From the NCBI RefSeq assembly GCF_009914755.1, contig NC_060937.1: a stretch of 64,000 nucleotides of DNA; one strand, written 5' to 3'. The notes under the pieces were generated by a model, which saw only the letters and a program-made list of their open reading frames with translations, was not told the origin of the DNA and did no database searches. The stretch comes from the human T2T-CHM13v2.0 reference genome, Homo sapiens. Within the stretch, counting starts at the first letter, position 1. Every line of letters starts with the position of its first letter. Below, one piece after another: positions 44,433-58,082 of this stretch. A program made the position numbers and the translations under genes.

Positions 44433-44486
44433 TGTGTGTGTGTGTATATGGACACACACACACACACATACACACACACACACACA
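44433..44486. repeat. (TG)n immediately followed by (CA)n
   Basis: tgtgtgtgtgtgt-atatgg-acacacac... directly visible. Confidence 0.9.
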
Positions 44487-47064
44487 AATTGTAGACTCTG
44501 AAGAGCAAAAAAATTTAAAAAGGAAAAAATAATGTTCAAAATCAAAAGAATAAAGATTATGATTTAATAAGGATATCAGAATTTATATATTGAAAAGTTG
44601 ATCTTATGCCAGCAAAAAAATAACTTGAATGGTAAATCTAAAGAAAACAACAAAAATCTTATCTTAGGAAAGCTATTATGGTTTAATTATAAACAGAAAA
44701 AACCCTTCGTACCACAGTCTAGGCAGTAAGAAAAGGGAGTTACAAAATGCAATATAAAAAGCTTTATAACCATGCCTTTAACAGCAGCCCCAAATTAATG
44801 CAAAATTATCCTTCCTATTTATTTCCAAAATAATCCATTTATTTTGGATGAAGTAAAATAAAAATAAAATATAATGAAATAGTTTTCCCCAGACAGTAAC
44901 AGCAATATACAAAGAAGGTCAAGAGTGGAGCATTCTTTTCAAGAAACTTGAAAGATTAAACTGAACACTTAAAAGAGCAATAAACATTCAAAAACAAAAG
45001 AAAAACCTACTTATGATCCCTCCCTTTGAAATCTATCAGGTGATGAGCTTCATCCAATGAAAGACAATAGAAGAATCTTTAGAAAAGAATTGATGAGAGT
45101 CATTTATTATATTTAATTATTGATTAAGCTTTGAATCAAAGCTGATCATTTGAACACCAAAATAATATTAATTGATTTTACTTATTAAATCTTGACTCCA
45201 TACTGACTCTCACTTAATAAACTGAGTCAATAAAAGACACAGTGGTAAGAAAATATTTTCTTTTCAGAAGAATATAGGCTAATACATGAGATGCCATCTT
45301 AAAATTTTTAAAAAGCATTTTTCAACCATAAGTGTAGTAATTTAATGGAAAAATAATGATTGATTCAAAGTACTTTGGGAAACATAATAGTTTTATGTTG
45401 TCAAAGTATCAGCAAACAGACTCCTTTACTATTCAGGAAAGGAAAAAAATGTGTCTTTAAGGTGGATAAATCTGGTAGGTACTACTTTAACCAAGTGGTC
45501 AAACTTAGGAAAACTAACATTAGGACAACTTGACATTATGTACAGCTGACGTGATGCAACATAATGGATGTAGCATTGCCTATAAATTATTCTTACCTAT
45601 CCTGTTTTACTTGAACAAATCAACCTTTTAGACATAAACCCAGACAAAATACATAGGGTAGTGGAACAAGTTATATACCATGAGACAACACTGAGACAAA
45701 TCCAGAATGTGTGGACCATCAACCAGACAATTGACTGGACTCTATCCAATATATACACCATAAAAACAAGAACTTAAAAACAAAACAATAAAAACCAGTT
45801 GAGGATTTTTCTAGATAGAAAGAAACTGAAAAATATAACAAAAAAAGGTACTGTCTGAGACTTGACTGAATATGGTTTAAAAAATCAATTAAAGAGATGT
45901 TGAGGGCTATGAAAAGAAATTTATATATTGGTTGAACATTAGATGGCATAAAGGTGCAGTCATTATTCTACTTAGTTGTGATACTACTACTGAAATTATG
46001 TAAATGAATAGCTTTGACTCTTAGAAGGTGTATGTGGAAATATTTAACAGTACAGTTAAAGTGATAGTAGCTTGCAACTGGCTCAATGAAGACACACAGA
46101 TACGCTTGTGCCTATAATGAAAATGATGAGATTATATAAATATATAAATATAGATACAGATATAGAGTTGGAGATGGATAAAGCAAATTTGAGAAACATT
46201 CATGAATTCAATCTTTATAATTTTTTCTAAATAAATGTTGATATAAACTTTGTGAAATATATGTACTATAATTTTTTTAGTTAAACATTGAAATAAATAT
46301 AACCCTTTTATTATTTGGCAATCTATAACAATATAGTTGAAAAAATATATTCTATAATATCCACAATATAAAATACTCATTAAACATAGTTTGTAAAATG
46401 AAGATTCAAGCATTAACAATTATTTTGATATGTTTCTTACCCCAGGGAAATATAAAAAGTCAAATACAATAATGTAAAAAAAGTTATTCACAAATTATAA
46501 TTAGATAAAATCAGTGCTCAAACTACGTTATTTTAAAAATTGATTTAATTTGAAGATAATTTTCTTACAATATGGAAATAAATATAGGCACATTTTGAAA
46601 CCACAGGGGTAATTTTTCAATTAAAAATATCCTCACAAGGATAAGCTTTCAATTAAAATATTTTGAAGATATTTTAATGTCCATTTTTAATAATAATGTG
46701 TCACGGAGAGCAATTCTGAATGTTCTTTCAGAGTTATAGATATTTTGTCACTGAATTATAAATTAAAATATCTGAAAATTTAATTACTAAGCATTAACTT
46801 TAAAAATGTTGTATTTTAATTAATGAAGAGTAATATGGAATCATGAATACAAGTGTATCTTAAAGCTCACCAAACGAGAATGCTTGCTTTAGAGAGAGAA
46901 ATTCAGCCATGAATAACTTGTAGTCTGACATGCTTTGATAGTCTCTAATGTGCTACTGGTGTCTCTCAATTGTCAAACCCAAGAAGAAGATGAAAGATGA
47001 GAATTCTTTGATGTAATATATAAGAATGAGCTTCTCAGACAGACCAGAGTGGTGAAGTTTTGAA

Positions 47065-47614
47065 GTAGACTGAGTGCCAAAAACATCCTCAAATCTTCAC
47101 CAATCCCTGTGTCCCTTATCATCACAATGTAATTTTGCAGCTTCTCCCTTCAAGAAGTGGTATCTATTACTCCAGTTCTTCAACCTGCGCTGGTGTATAC
47201 TTTGCTTTGACTAATATAATACGGTGGAAATTATGTTGTGCCGCTTTAAAACTCAGGTGTCAAAAAATCTTGCATCTTCTGCTTTCTCTTTCTTAGAATC
47301 TTGCCAGTGGCATCATTACAAGCTCAAACTAACCTAATGCTGGAGAATGAGAGACCACATAGGTAAGAGATGAGTAATCTCAGCTAAGGACATCCTAGAC
47401 CAGCCACACTCAACCAATCCTAGACCAGTCAACACAGCTAATCTGCCACTTGACCCTAATTACATAAACAAATCAAGGAAAGAACAGTCTTGCCTTACTC
47501 AGGTAAATAAAACTGTGCTGCTGAGCCACAGTATTGTAAAAAAGAATAAATATAAGTTGCCTTAAGCCTCTAAATTTTGGGGTGATTGGTTATGTAACAA
47601 TAGATAACTGATAT
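47065..47614 (+). mobile_element. MLT1G/H-like MaLR solo LTR
   Basis: 'tgtaattttgcagcttctccc...tttgctttgactaatata...gagagaccacat...taagcctctaaattttggggtgattggttatgtaacaatagataactgatata'. Confidence 0.85.
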
Positions 47615-47869
47615 AAATTTGCCAGATATTTTTGAGGACCAAATGAATAATACCCAGCATAGTCTATCTTTTTTCCCTCTACATCCTCTTTTGTTATTTG
47701 TACACATTTTTATAAAGTATGTTTTTAATACGAGGAACCCAGAAATTTTCCTCGTCAGCTGTATGATTACAGTCAGTTTCCCTCTGCAAACCCATCATCA
47801 AGCCATTGCCAGAATCCTATTTTAATGGATCATTCTCTGGGGCCACTCCTAGAACCAATTCTGAATAAA

Positions 47870-48352
47870 TAAACTCTATGCGTGAAAGAGATGCTTTACC
47901 AAGAGGGGGTAATTAAGGAGAGTTTAATAAAATTTAAGAAAGATTCTGTTTTAAGATGTATGAGCATAATAAAGGGAAATCCAGAAAAGCTGGTGAAGCA
48001 CTTTATCATCTCTAAATTTATCATTGCTAAAGGTGCAATGGTGTAGAGCAGTGGCTAGGATCCAGAGCAAGTTGTGTCTGTAGCTGAGGTTCACTTAACC
48101 TTAGCTGTGCTATTGACAGTGAAATACAGCCACTGACAGTCTTGGACCGGCAAGAAGGGAGGGAAAGAAATAAATCCCTTAACCTTTTTTCTAGTCCAAC
48201 GTCTCATCTTTTGTTGGTGCCTTTTATTGGTGAAGTCTAACAGGGAAATAGGAGGAAAGGCCACCCTTCGAATCAATCTATAAATATCAGTTTCCTTGCG
48301 CTATAGGCAAAGTGATAATAGATTTGGAGAGAAAAACAGAATATCAGCATGA
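47870..48352 (-). mobile_element. Ancient ERVL/MaLR-type LTR (LTR67B/LTR79/MLT1M-like), degenerate
   Basis: 'gagagtttaataaa' and 'tcttttgttggtgccttttattggtgaagtctaacagggaa...gatttggagagaaaaacagaatatcagca'. Confidence 0.5.
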
Positions 48353-48664
48353 CCATCACATACTGATCATATTTTTACAATGACTTACTTATGCAGACCT
48401 TCCATTCTGAATACTGGTGCTTGATTTTACATGAGGTTTTTAAGTTTAATATAAAATCTAAATATGACTAAATCATTGCTATATTTCATAAAAGATGATA
48501 TTAAATGATATTAATTGATATTAATCTAGAGAATAAAACAGGCATTTTATTTCTACGTATTGTATTTTGGAAGTTTCCTCCTAAATTGGAGTTCTAGTAT
48601 CAGAGTAGCCAGCAATTTTGCCCTAACAAGAAATAAAGGAGAGCTGGGCATGGGTGTTTAACAG

Positions 48665-49037
48665 TGTACCCTTAATGGATACTTCTTTTACCACCCCTTA
48701 TCGGGGGGTCCCTCACATGGGAAACTTGTTTATGCTGGCAGATTTCCCTGTGGCTCATGTCTGATCCATGTCCAGTTTAGGCCTGCCTGACTATTGCTCT
48801 GGCACTGGGAGCCTGAACTTGTGTTCTCCTTGGCATTGCAGGGAAAACCTAGCCTGAGATAGCCCTTGGTTCTTCAGGTAGAAAGTACGAATTCAACCTA
48901 CTGCTACATTAGGAAACAAATTCAAATATTTTTACCTACAGTTCTGAGCAAAGAGGGCCTATTGGGTCAGGAGGGCAGTCCTCTGTCTCCTGCCACGAGG
49001 CAGGAATGAAGAATCAGACAGAGAGAGAGAGAGAGAG

Positions 49038-49082
<45 letters not shown>

Positions 49083-49396
49083 AAGAGAGAGAAAGAGAGA
49101 AGTGTATGGTAACTAACAATATATATAAGGGAATAGAGACTGGGTCACTTTCGATTGGTGGGCAAATGCCTGAATAGCCTCTTTAAAGAAATCAGTGGGA
49201 AATTAGGGAGCCCAGTACGCTAGGCAGAAGAGAGACTTCTAAGTACTTCCTCTAGCCACAGACTTGGCTTGAGCTATTTGGGTATGAGGTAGAACAGGAA
49301 ACTGTCAAGGGTGACTGAGCCCTGCATCTGGTATGAGAAAGTTAACTTGTATTCAAAATGGATGTTAAGGCAACATAAAATTACAAGAATTTACTG
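48665..49396 (-). mobile_element. LTR element (LTR47-like) with an internal compound microsatellite
   Basis: End 'gtcaagggtgactgagccctgc...ctggtatgagaaagtt...ttcaaaatggatg...ggcaacataaaattacaagaatttact' is antisense of an LTR47-type start as remembered; TATA-like 'tatatataa' inside. Confidence 0.65.
49019..49100. repeat. (GA)n(GT)n(GA)n compound microsatellite
   Basis: Directly visible. Confidence 0.95.
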
Positions 49397-50019
49397 ATCT
49401 TGTTATTACATTTTTGTCTTAATTAAAATGGAATTCTTCTGTATCTCCTGGGTTTTCTCTAATACTTTCAACTTATAAAGTTTTTTTTCCTATAATATGG
49501 TACAATGTAAATATTTATTATTCACTAGTAAATGTTGAAATTACATAAGAGGGTATGAGAGATAGTCATTTGCATGATGGTCAATGTAACATATGATATG
49601 TTGAGAACTTCTGAGGATGTATTTTTTTCATGCTTTATGAAGACAGCATAATACTGGTTGAAATCTTCATTTTAGAAATTTCAAAATGTTTTGGTAAAAT
49701 TTGTCACACACACAGACACACACACACACGTGTCTATTCAATTACATAAGAATATGAAGATCTAAATAAGTAGATTATTCAAATAAGCTATTACACATTT
49801 ATAACAATTGTGTTTCCAAAGGTTTTATGCCTTGTTGCATGGATAAATTCCTGTTTCCAAACATGAATATTTTTCCTTTCCAATATCATTTATAGTTACT
49901 TCACTTTTGATATCAGTGGGAAAAACTCTAGCTATGTAGATTAACATTATGTTTCTGTGTTTATTTAGTACATGTCAAGAGTATTTACAATGTGTATATA
50001 GCCTTATATGTTTTAGGAA

Positions 50020-50270
50020 TGCAGAGGTGATAAATGACAACATCATTAACTGAGATTAGGAATAGTGAGGAAAATACAAAGGTGAGTAAAGATAATGAGT
50101 TTAGTTATGAATATGCTTTGTTTGAGGTGCTTATAAAATGTCCATGTAGTTATTTGGAGAAGAATATTTGGTGTCTGAGCTGTGACAATCATTGGAAAAG
50201 AATGGTTAAAAATGTATGTCTGGAGGGTCAGCAGTATATACAAGAATAGCATTATCTAAAGTTTGAAGAG
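50020..50270 (-). mobile_element. L2 fragment
   Basis: 'cattaactgagattaggaatagtgagg...gataatgagtttagttatgaatatgctttgtttgaggtgc'. Confidence 0.65.
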
Positions 50271-51194
50271 TCATTTTTAGTTTTCTTGTTATCATTTATG
50301 TATTTTAAAATTTTATTATAATAAATATTTCTAAGGCAGTAATATTCAATTTTTCTATATAATTTCTGAAAAAGCTGCTAAATGTTTTTATCTGTGTACT
50401 TAATAGTTTGGGGACTGACATGCAAATCAGAGTGGAGAAATATACGGGCATGTTTGAATGTAGGGAACTGCATTTTCAGGTGTTGAACACTGGTTGAATG
50501 TGTAAAATAATGTGATCTGAGCACTTAAATTTTAATGTGAAATATTGAATACCAATTATTGGAAAAAAAGTATACATTATCCCAGAACTCATGAGAAGAA
50601 ACCAACTTGTGCAGTAAGTTTGGTTTTGACTTGTGGACTTTGAGTTATTAGAGATGATCTAAATAAAATTTCTTTAAATTTCATTGAAAATAGAGGGCTA
50701 AATCTTCCAACAGGGATAGAGAAAGGTATTGGAGAAGAAGGCATTAACTGACTAAAATGTTCACCTGTATCTAGTGAAAAGAGAAAAGAAAAACAACCGA
50801 AATGGGTGTAAGAGCTATAATTTATCCAGTATCACATACTTGTGATATGAAATACCACATGCCAAATCCTAATATTCAGTGCCTGGCAGACAAACAGATA
50901 ATCATTTAATATTACCCTGAATTAGCTTTATTTACAGAGTTGAAGTGTAATATTATTATTTTATTACCAATATTTTAAATTTCCATAGTATAATCTTAAA
51001 AGTTGGCAGTGTATGTACATATGAAGGTATCTATATATGTATCTAGACATGTATTCTTTCTCTCCTTCCATCCTTCTTCCTTCCTCTCTTCTTTTATTTC
51101 TTAAAAACAAACACAATATATGATCTTTTATGGTTATTTGACAGATTAAATAAGTTGGTAGCAGTTTTTTTAATGGACAAACAGAGAATGATGA

Positions 51195-51380
51195 GCAGTA
51201 ATCAAAGCAGTTACTGGAATCAGACATACTTGGTTTCAGATCCATGTTTTACCCTTTACTCTCTACTATATGAATTACCTTGAGGAATCCATATAACCAT
51301 GGCATCTCAAATTCTTCCCATGTAAAATTAGTCTACTTAACTTACAGATTTGTTATGAGGATTAAATAGGGTAATATAAT
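51195..51380 (+). mobile_element. MIR SINE
   Basis: 'ctggaatcagacatacttggtttcagatcc...ctcaaattcttcccatgtaaaatt...ttgttatgaggattaaat'. Confidence 0.75.
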
Positions 51381-51399
51381 TTGAGTAAGATTTCTTAAA

Positions 51400-51655
51400 G
51401 TACAGTGTACAACAACGCAACTCAAACTTAACTAAAAAATCAAGAATTTATTGTCTCAGGTAACTACTGGTTTGTCTAGAAATCAGCTTTAGGAACAGGT
51501 GGTATAAGAGGCTCAACATTGTCATCAGGACGGGTTCCTCAGCTCTAACTTTCTTTAGGCTGGCTTTATTCACAGGTAGGCTTTCTTCTTAGTGTCAAGT
51601 TGGCTACCTGAAAATCCAGGGTTGAATTCATCCCTTCAGCAACTCCAGAAAAGAC
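51400..51655 (-). mobile_element. Ancient MaLR LTR fragment (MLT1N/O-like)
   Basis: 'caactcaaactt...gaatttattgtctcaggtaact...gctttaggaacagg...ggctcaacattgtcatcaggac'. Confidence 0.55.
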
Positions 51656-51792
51656 ACAGAACGAGAGAGAGAAAGAAAGAGAGGGAAGAGAAAAAAAACA
51701 AGGAGGACGAGGAAGACAAGGAGAAGGTGAACAAAGGAGGGAATGAGGAAAAGAAGGAGGAGGAAGAGGAAAGAGGAGAGGAGCAAGAGAAA
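51656..51792. repeat. GA-rich polypurine low-complexity tract
   Basis: About 135 nt almost entirely A/G; source of the E/K-rich ORF 51592..51843. Confidence 0.9.
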
Positions 51793-52194
51793 TTGTCTTT
51801 TTTTGCAACAATTCTAACAAATGTTTTATTACTCACACTGTGAATACACACCCTTCAAAAGCTAAGTTAATTTTTGTCTACTTAATTCTGATAAATTCCA
51901 TAGTAACCAAAGCCCTACATGTGGTTGATTCATAATCCTCAATACAGACCCCAATCTAGGGGTTTTCCTCATTTAGCAACAGGCTTCAGAGATATCCCCA
52001 TATCCTACATTCAAAGCATTATTTCCAACAAGGTGACTTCTTTTCTAGAGCAATTAAAAGTAATCGTTGGAAGTGAGAGGCCCAGATTCTAAGACCCTTA
52101 CTTGAAAGATACGCTTCATGTGACATGAACTTTTTGGCCTTTTCTGGCAACCAATACACAGCATGACATGTCCTGGAAAGTTTAGTTACCGAAT

Positions 52195-52790
52195 TAAGAT
52201 TTCAACTGAGTCTTAAAGGAACTCTGGAGTAACCAAATTACCTGACCAGTAGAGAAAGTAAGAAAATGCATTCTGAGCACATATTCCCGGATGGACAGAT
52301 GTATAAATTAATGATGATAATAGATTTTTTGTATGCAAACCTTTAGCCTTTAAGATAGTATTTATGGATCAGGGAAAGAGAATGACAGGAAAAGATGTTG
52401 CAAAATTTTGATAAGGTGAATTTGTGAAGAGCCTTGAAAATCATAGTAAATGTTTGAGAATTCCTCAAGTAACAAGATGCCTTCGAAGACTTAGAAAGTA
52501 ATCTTTTTAGAAAAACATGTGGAAACAGCATAATGAGGACATAGACACGGTCTATTATGCAATTAGCTCATTATGCATGAGTATAATGAGGCTGTAGTAG
52601 AGGCTTTATGATGGAGATGGAGGTAATTCTACAGTTTTTTTTTTTTTAAATAGTGGAATCTACTTATCTTGGTAAAAGTAGGAAGCAGTGCTTTTAACTT
52701 ATTGCAAAATAAAATAGAAAAATAAGAAGTTGGAAAAATGGGCCACAAGTTCAGGAAAGAGATCAGAACTGGAGATATGGGAGTCATAAA
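52195..52790 (-). mobile_element. L2 fragment(s)
   Basis: 'aactgagtcttaaagga', 'ttgtgaagagccttgaaaatcatagtaaatgtttgagaatt', 'agttcaggaaagagatcagaactggagatatgggagtcat'. Confidence 0.6.
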
Positions 52791-52839
52791 AATAGGTACT
52801 ATTTACAGTTTGTTTTTTGTGGGTCAGAGTGTTGTTATA

Positions 52840-53000
52840 TATCATCTCATGTGATCCTCAAAATGTTCAAAGTAGAAAAATTGTCTTTTTAAAAATCAGA
52901 AGCTAGATTTAAAAGAAATTTAAAAACTTCCCCAAAGTCACATTATTAGTAAGCAGCTTTACCAAGATAGCATACTTAGAATATTTGAATCCGTAACTTA
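52840..53000 (-). mobile_element. MIR fragment
   Basis: 'atcatctcatgtgatcctcaaaa...ttaaaaacttccccaaagtcacattattagtaag...atttgaatcc'. Confidence 0.6.
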
Positions 53001-53379
53001 CATTATTTTGAATACCCCACATTTCATACCTGTTCAGTAGTGATAATTGAAGCAGTGGGAACAGATATAGCCACATCTTAATGAGAATTATTTTCAAATG
53101 CACATACAAAACCAACATTTGTCTTTACCCTACCATAGCTAACTTCCATAGACATCACATAAGAGTGCACACAAACACAGACACACAACCCTGTGTCGTA
53201 AGTTTATGATTTGGGTGTGCTTTTGTGCAATTTCTCTTTGTGTCTTATCTCTTTATTGGGATGTCTCAATACTTATGCTGTGAATACAATTTAAACTATG
53301 ACAGTTCTGCTTCAGCTTGTCTCTATAAAGTGAGCTTTTTGGGAAGTATTGAATTAGCATTAAATTAGGTTAAACTGAC

Positions 53380-53790
53380 TGCCGCAGAGAATACTATCAG
53401 TTAATCAAAAAAATGCATTTTCTCTTCTTCAGCACACAACTATTTTACACTTCCTAACTTCCCTTGCTTTAGATATAACCATATGACTCTTTTCTAAAGA
53501 GTAGTACATGAAAGAAGTAATGGGTGCTATTTTGAGACTAAGCTTGGCGTGTGTTTTTCTTCTCAAACTGCCTCTCTCTCTATGCTAGCTGGAGTCCTAT
53601 AATAACAAGGTGTCAGGCCAAATGACTTAAAGGGCTTGGATTTCTGACACACTATACAAAGGAGAACTGCCTATTGATCATGAAACTACATTGGAGTATT
53701 ACGTGACTGAGGAATAATCTTTTATTGTGTTTGAGCCACTTGATATTTGGTATATTTATTATTATAGCCTAGACATCTAAACCAACACAC
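53380..53790 (+). mobile_element. MLT1J-like MaLR LTR
   Basis: 'tacacttcctaacttcccttgctttagatataaccatatgact...gtgactgaggaataatcttttattgtgtttgagccacttgatatttgg'. Confidence 0.7.
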
Positions 53791-55014
53791 TGACATTTAA
53801 ATATGCAGCATATTTTGGATTTTCAGACTTAATATAAAGATTAGAAATTTGCAAACACAATTTAAAATCTATAATTTTGACTTTAGTATTTCTTGATTGC
53901 TAATTTACACTTGAAATAAAGATATTACTCTCTATTTAATATTGAATTTTGTGAAAATATTTAAATGAGCATCTGTGCTGGCAGAGTAAAACTGTCCAAG
54001 ATCTTTTGCTTATAATATTCCTATAAGAAGATGATTCTGCCACTGTGTTTATAATTATCCCATGACTTTCTTTTATTTCTGTGTTATCATCTATAGGACA
54101 GAACGTAAATCACAGCAATTTTGCTCATAATTACAAAGTCCTTCTGAAAACTAGAAGTAGTATACCAGTTACTCATTTATGAAACTGCCTAGAAAGTAAA
54201 ATTTATTGTGAAGAAATCATGAAAGGACAAGAGAAATCTTAATAACTGGATCTTGGCATAACAAAGAAGTCCTTGAAATGCTCAGACTTGAAATAATCTA
54301 CTGTGATTTTCTCAGGAGTTTTTTTGTCCCAATTAAGCTTGTCTGTTGTGACTGAATTCTAATTAGTATGGATATTTGTACTTTAGACATTCAGAACTTG
54401 AATTAAACTTCATAAATCCATGAGACCAAAAGTAAAAAATAATAATTCAATGAGCTTAGAATTTTAATGAGAGCATTAGGAAATGTTGGCATTCTTCATA
54501 TTATAACTTCTACATTTTCCCAAAATATTTCTATACAACTGTTTTGAAAATACAGAATGAATTAACCAGTCAGTTGAGTCAAATGTTCAAAACAGCTTGG
54601 AGTCTAGCCAAAAGCACTGTTTGATAAATCAATATTTTAGCTGAATGATTTGTGTTTTAAATTAAAAATATATATTAAAACATCTTCATGAAGACACAGA
54701 CTTGAAGTACTCTTCAAGGTGCATTTTTAATGTCCTAAATATTTTAACTGGAGGATTTCCTTAAGAAGCTAATATCTATTGCACTTCAGTTACTGAAAAC
54801 TACCAAGCCCCTGGTAAAGGTTTGAAATGTGATGGACTGCTTCAACAGCAACTATTCTAACTGACAGTTGATTGGATTGAAACCTACCTTTTAATATGTC
54901 TACTTTTAAAAGTATTGTTCAGGCAATGGTATTGTAGCAGTATCACTCTCACTGTCCATGAGCAGCATTGGGCATGTATCTCTCTGACGAGAAGTAACTG
55001 AAATGGCTTAAAAC

Positions 55015-55092
55015 CAACGGTTTTCAAACTTCAGTGTGTATCACATTTTTCTAGAGAGTTTGATAAAGCACAATTTGCTATGTCTCAAACCT
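55015..55092. mobile_element. MER5A-like hAT fragment
   Basis: 'caacggttttcaaacttcagtgtgtatcacatttttctagagagtttgataaagcacaatttgct'. Confidence 0.55.
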
Positions 55093-55099
55093 CGAATTA

Positions 55100-55248
55100 T
55101 TTTTTTTTTTCAGGAGGGGAGAAAGGACAGTATGTCACTCTGTTGCGAAAGCTGGAGTATAGTGGCTCAATCATAGCTCACTACAGCCTCAAGAACTTGG
55201 ACCCAAGTGATCCCCCTGCCTCAGCCTCCTGAGAAGCTGGGATTACAT
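55100..55248 (-). mobile_element. Partial Alu right arm (AluJ/FRAM-like)
   Basis: Poly-T, then 'gctggagtatagtggctcaatcatagctcactacagcctc...cctgcctcagcctcctgagaagctgggattaca'. Confidence 0.85.
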
Positions 55249-55269
55249 TTGTGTGTGTTTTTTTCCCCC

Positions 55270-57850
55270 CCAAGCACTGCTTTATCAGCATTACTATTTT
55301 GATATACCGTATTTTGTTTTTATTTGGTTTTTGTTTTATTTGCTTTGAGATATATTTTATGGACAAGTCATGAATTATCTTGATAAATATTCCATGTTCA
55401 ATTTTTTGAAAAAGCTGTATACACAGTAGTTTTGAGTGTAGTAGTCTACACATCTCAAGATGCAAATTAGGTCAAAGTGATGGATAGTCTTGGTCAGATG
55501 ATCAATATTCTTCCTATGTTTTGTCTACTTGTTTTATTTTAATTTCCCAGAGCTGAACAGTAAAATCCTTAACAATGATTGTGGATTTATCCTTCTTTTC
55601 ACTTCTTTCTGATTTTGCTTTATGAATATTGAAGTTCTTTTATTAGATAGATATCCATTTGTCATTGTTATATCTTCTTCTTCAACTGATTCATTCATTA
55701 TTATAAAGTGTTACTCTCCTTACCTTGTAAAAAATGTTTTTTAAAAAATTAAAATGATCCATAAAAGCCTTTTTATAAATTAAGATTTCATTGTTTATTT
55801 TTCTGTCCTTTTACTTTCAACCCACCTGTGACTTTCTGTCTATCTTACCTGGGGTTCCTTGTAGACAGTATGTTGTCATTTTTTTAAATTCAATATAATA
55901 ATTGATTCATTTTATCAGAAAAAAATATCTATTTTTATTTAATGTAATTGTTGGTATGTTTGTGTTGACATCCACCATTTTTCTATCTGCTTTCAATTTG
56001 TTTTATATGCTTTTTAAAAATAGTTTTCCCTTTTCAGTCTTTTCTGGAATTCACCAATATGTCTTAATATTTAATCTATTTCCTCTACATTTTGCTATAC
56101 TTCTCTTTATAACTTTTAGTGTTTGTAGCTAAGATTGAAATAGGCCTCCTTACATTTTCATAATTTACTTAGAATTAATAACCTATTACTTTACACTTCA
56201 CAATTTCCATTACACAAATATAAGAAACTCTCAACTTGATAACATTTTTTTCATTAACCAATTACCCTTTGTGTTGTTTCTAATATACATTTTACTTCCA
56301 TGCATAGTACAAGTCCTACCTAATGATAAAATTTACTACCTTTAAACAGTTTCTTGTTGGAAAAAAATCATTCACTTATTTACTAACATGTTTATAATTT
56401 GTCATTTAACATGCTAATTATTCCTAACTACAAATCTGAATTTTCATATAGTACAATTTATTTTCAGCCTGAAAAGTTTTCTTTAGTATTTCTTGTACTG
56501 CATATATATGGTGAACCCTGTGCTCAGTTTTCATTTTTCTGAATATGTATTTCACACACATCTGTTTAAGAATATTTTTATGGGATACAAAATTATTGGT
56601 TGATAATTTACTTTCTTAGCATGTTAAATATATAATTCTTTTTATACCTTTATTTTCTGATGATAATTTAGCTGTTGTTTGTATCATTGTTTTCTGTGGG
56701 TATTCTGTGATTTTTCATCTTGCTTTAAAGAGTTTTTCCTTTGATTTTCAGCAGTTTGACTACGATGTGCAATGTGTGGGGTTTTTTTTGGTATTCATCA
56801 TGCTTCTCATTTACTGAGCTGCATGGGTCTTGAAGTCAATGTTTCTCAACAAATTTGGGAAATTTTCAATCACTATTTTGATCTGTTAAGCCCTTTCTTT
56901 TTCTTTTTCTTTTTCTTTCTTTTTTTTTTTTTTTTTTGAGATTCCAAATACATATGTACTACATTACTAGGAACTTCCTCATAGTTCACTGATACTTTGG
57001 CATAACTCACTGAAACTCTACCATTTTTATTTTTATTTTTTTCTCTGAGTTTTAGTTTGAATAGTTTCTACTAGTAAATTCCTAAAGTTCACTAATCTCT
57101 TCTTCTGTAGTATCTAATCTCCTAATAAACCCATCCAATAAATGTTTTTCATTTCAAATATTGTATTCTTCACTCACAGATTTGTGCAATTGACTTTATC
57201 ATTTAAATGTTTCTCTTATGATTTATCTTTACTTCTGAAGATCATCTGTTCTAGTAAGTCTCCAACTATACTTACAATAGTTTCTTTAAACTCCTTAAGG
57301 GTCTGCTATTTCTAACATCCAGGTTTGAGGTATGTTGTCTTCCTTTACAGAGTGTTTACTTTTGTTCTAACAAACAGTTAATGTATGGTAGTTTCGCTTG
57401 AACATTCTGAGGCTTCACTTTAGGCTTTGTCTTAAAGGGTTTAGAGAAGTTCTTACAACATGATGTGGTCCTTGTTCTTAAAATGTGTCCTTTCTCTTGT
57501 GTCAGCAGATGTCTCAGATTATTGAAGTCCGTCCACTCAGACGGGTCAGAATGCCAATGTCTCCCAGCTCCATGTGAACTCTTTGGTCTGTCGCAGCTGC
57601 TTTCTGTTTGGCCTTTAAAGTGTCATCATGAGCACAATGAGAGCAGACCTTGGATAAGGATTTTTGGTGAACCCCAGTCCCATACAGTTTCCTTGAAATT
57701 TCCAACTGTAGCACTACCCCTGAATTCTGACCTTTGTCCACTCTGCTTAGCCGGACTACCATGCTGTCCTTGGGTTTCATCTACTTGAGTCAAATTTAAA
57801 AGACTTTTTCTAGGTAGAGAAATGGGGTAAGTGTGGGGCCTACCTCATAT
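55270..57850 (-). mobile_element. Ancient L1 (L1ME/L1MD-type) ORF2-5'/ORF1 region
   Basis: T-rich antisense L1 motifs: 'atgattgtggatttatcc', 'tcctttactttcaacc'-like, 'ctttagtatttcttgta', 'cagcagtttgactacgatgtgc', 'aaatttgggaaattttca'. Confidence 0.75.
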
Positions 57851-58082
57851 GCTTTTCTTCTACTTTTTTTTTTTTTTTTGCACTTCCAGGGTATCATTTT
57901 CCTCTAAGATATGTCTGAATATCCTCTCAAAATAGAGATAAGATTTCAAGTTCAGGAACAAAATTTCTAAGTGCACCTTTACACTTAAGTAAAATCGTAT
58001 CACACGAATTTTCTATTTTCTCAAGCTATAATTATTCTCTATTTGATTTAGGCAATTGTATTGTCGTTATAATTAACATTAT

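Noticed and set aside
51566-51851. E/K-rich and S/F/P-rich ORFs on both strands
   Set aside because: Translation artefacts of the GA-rich low-complexity tract.
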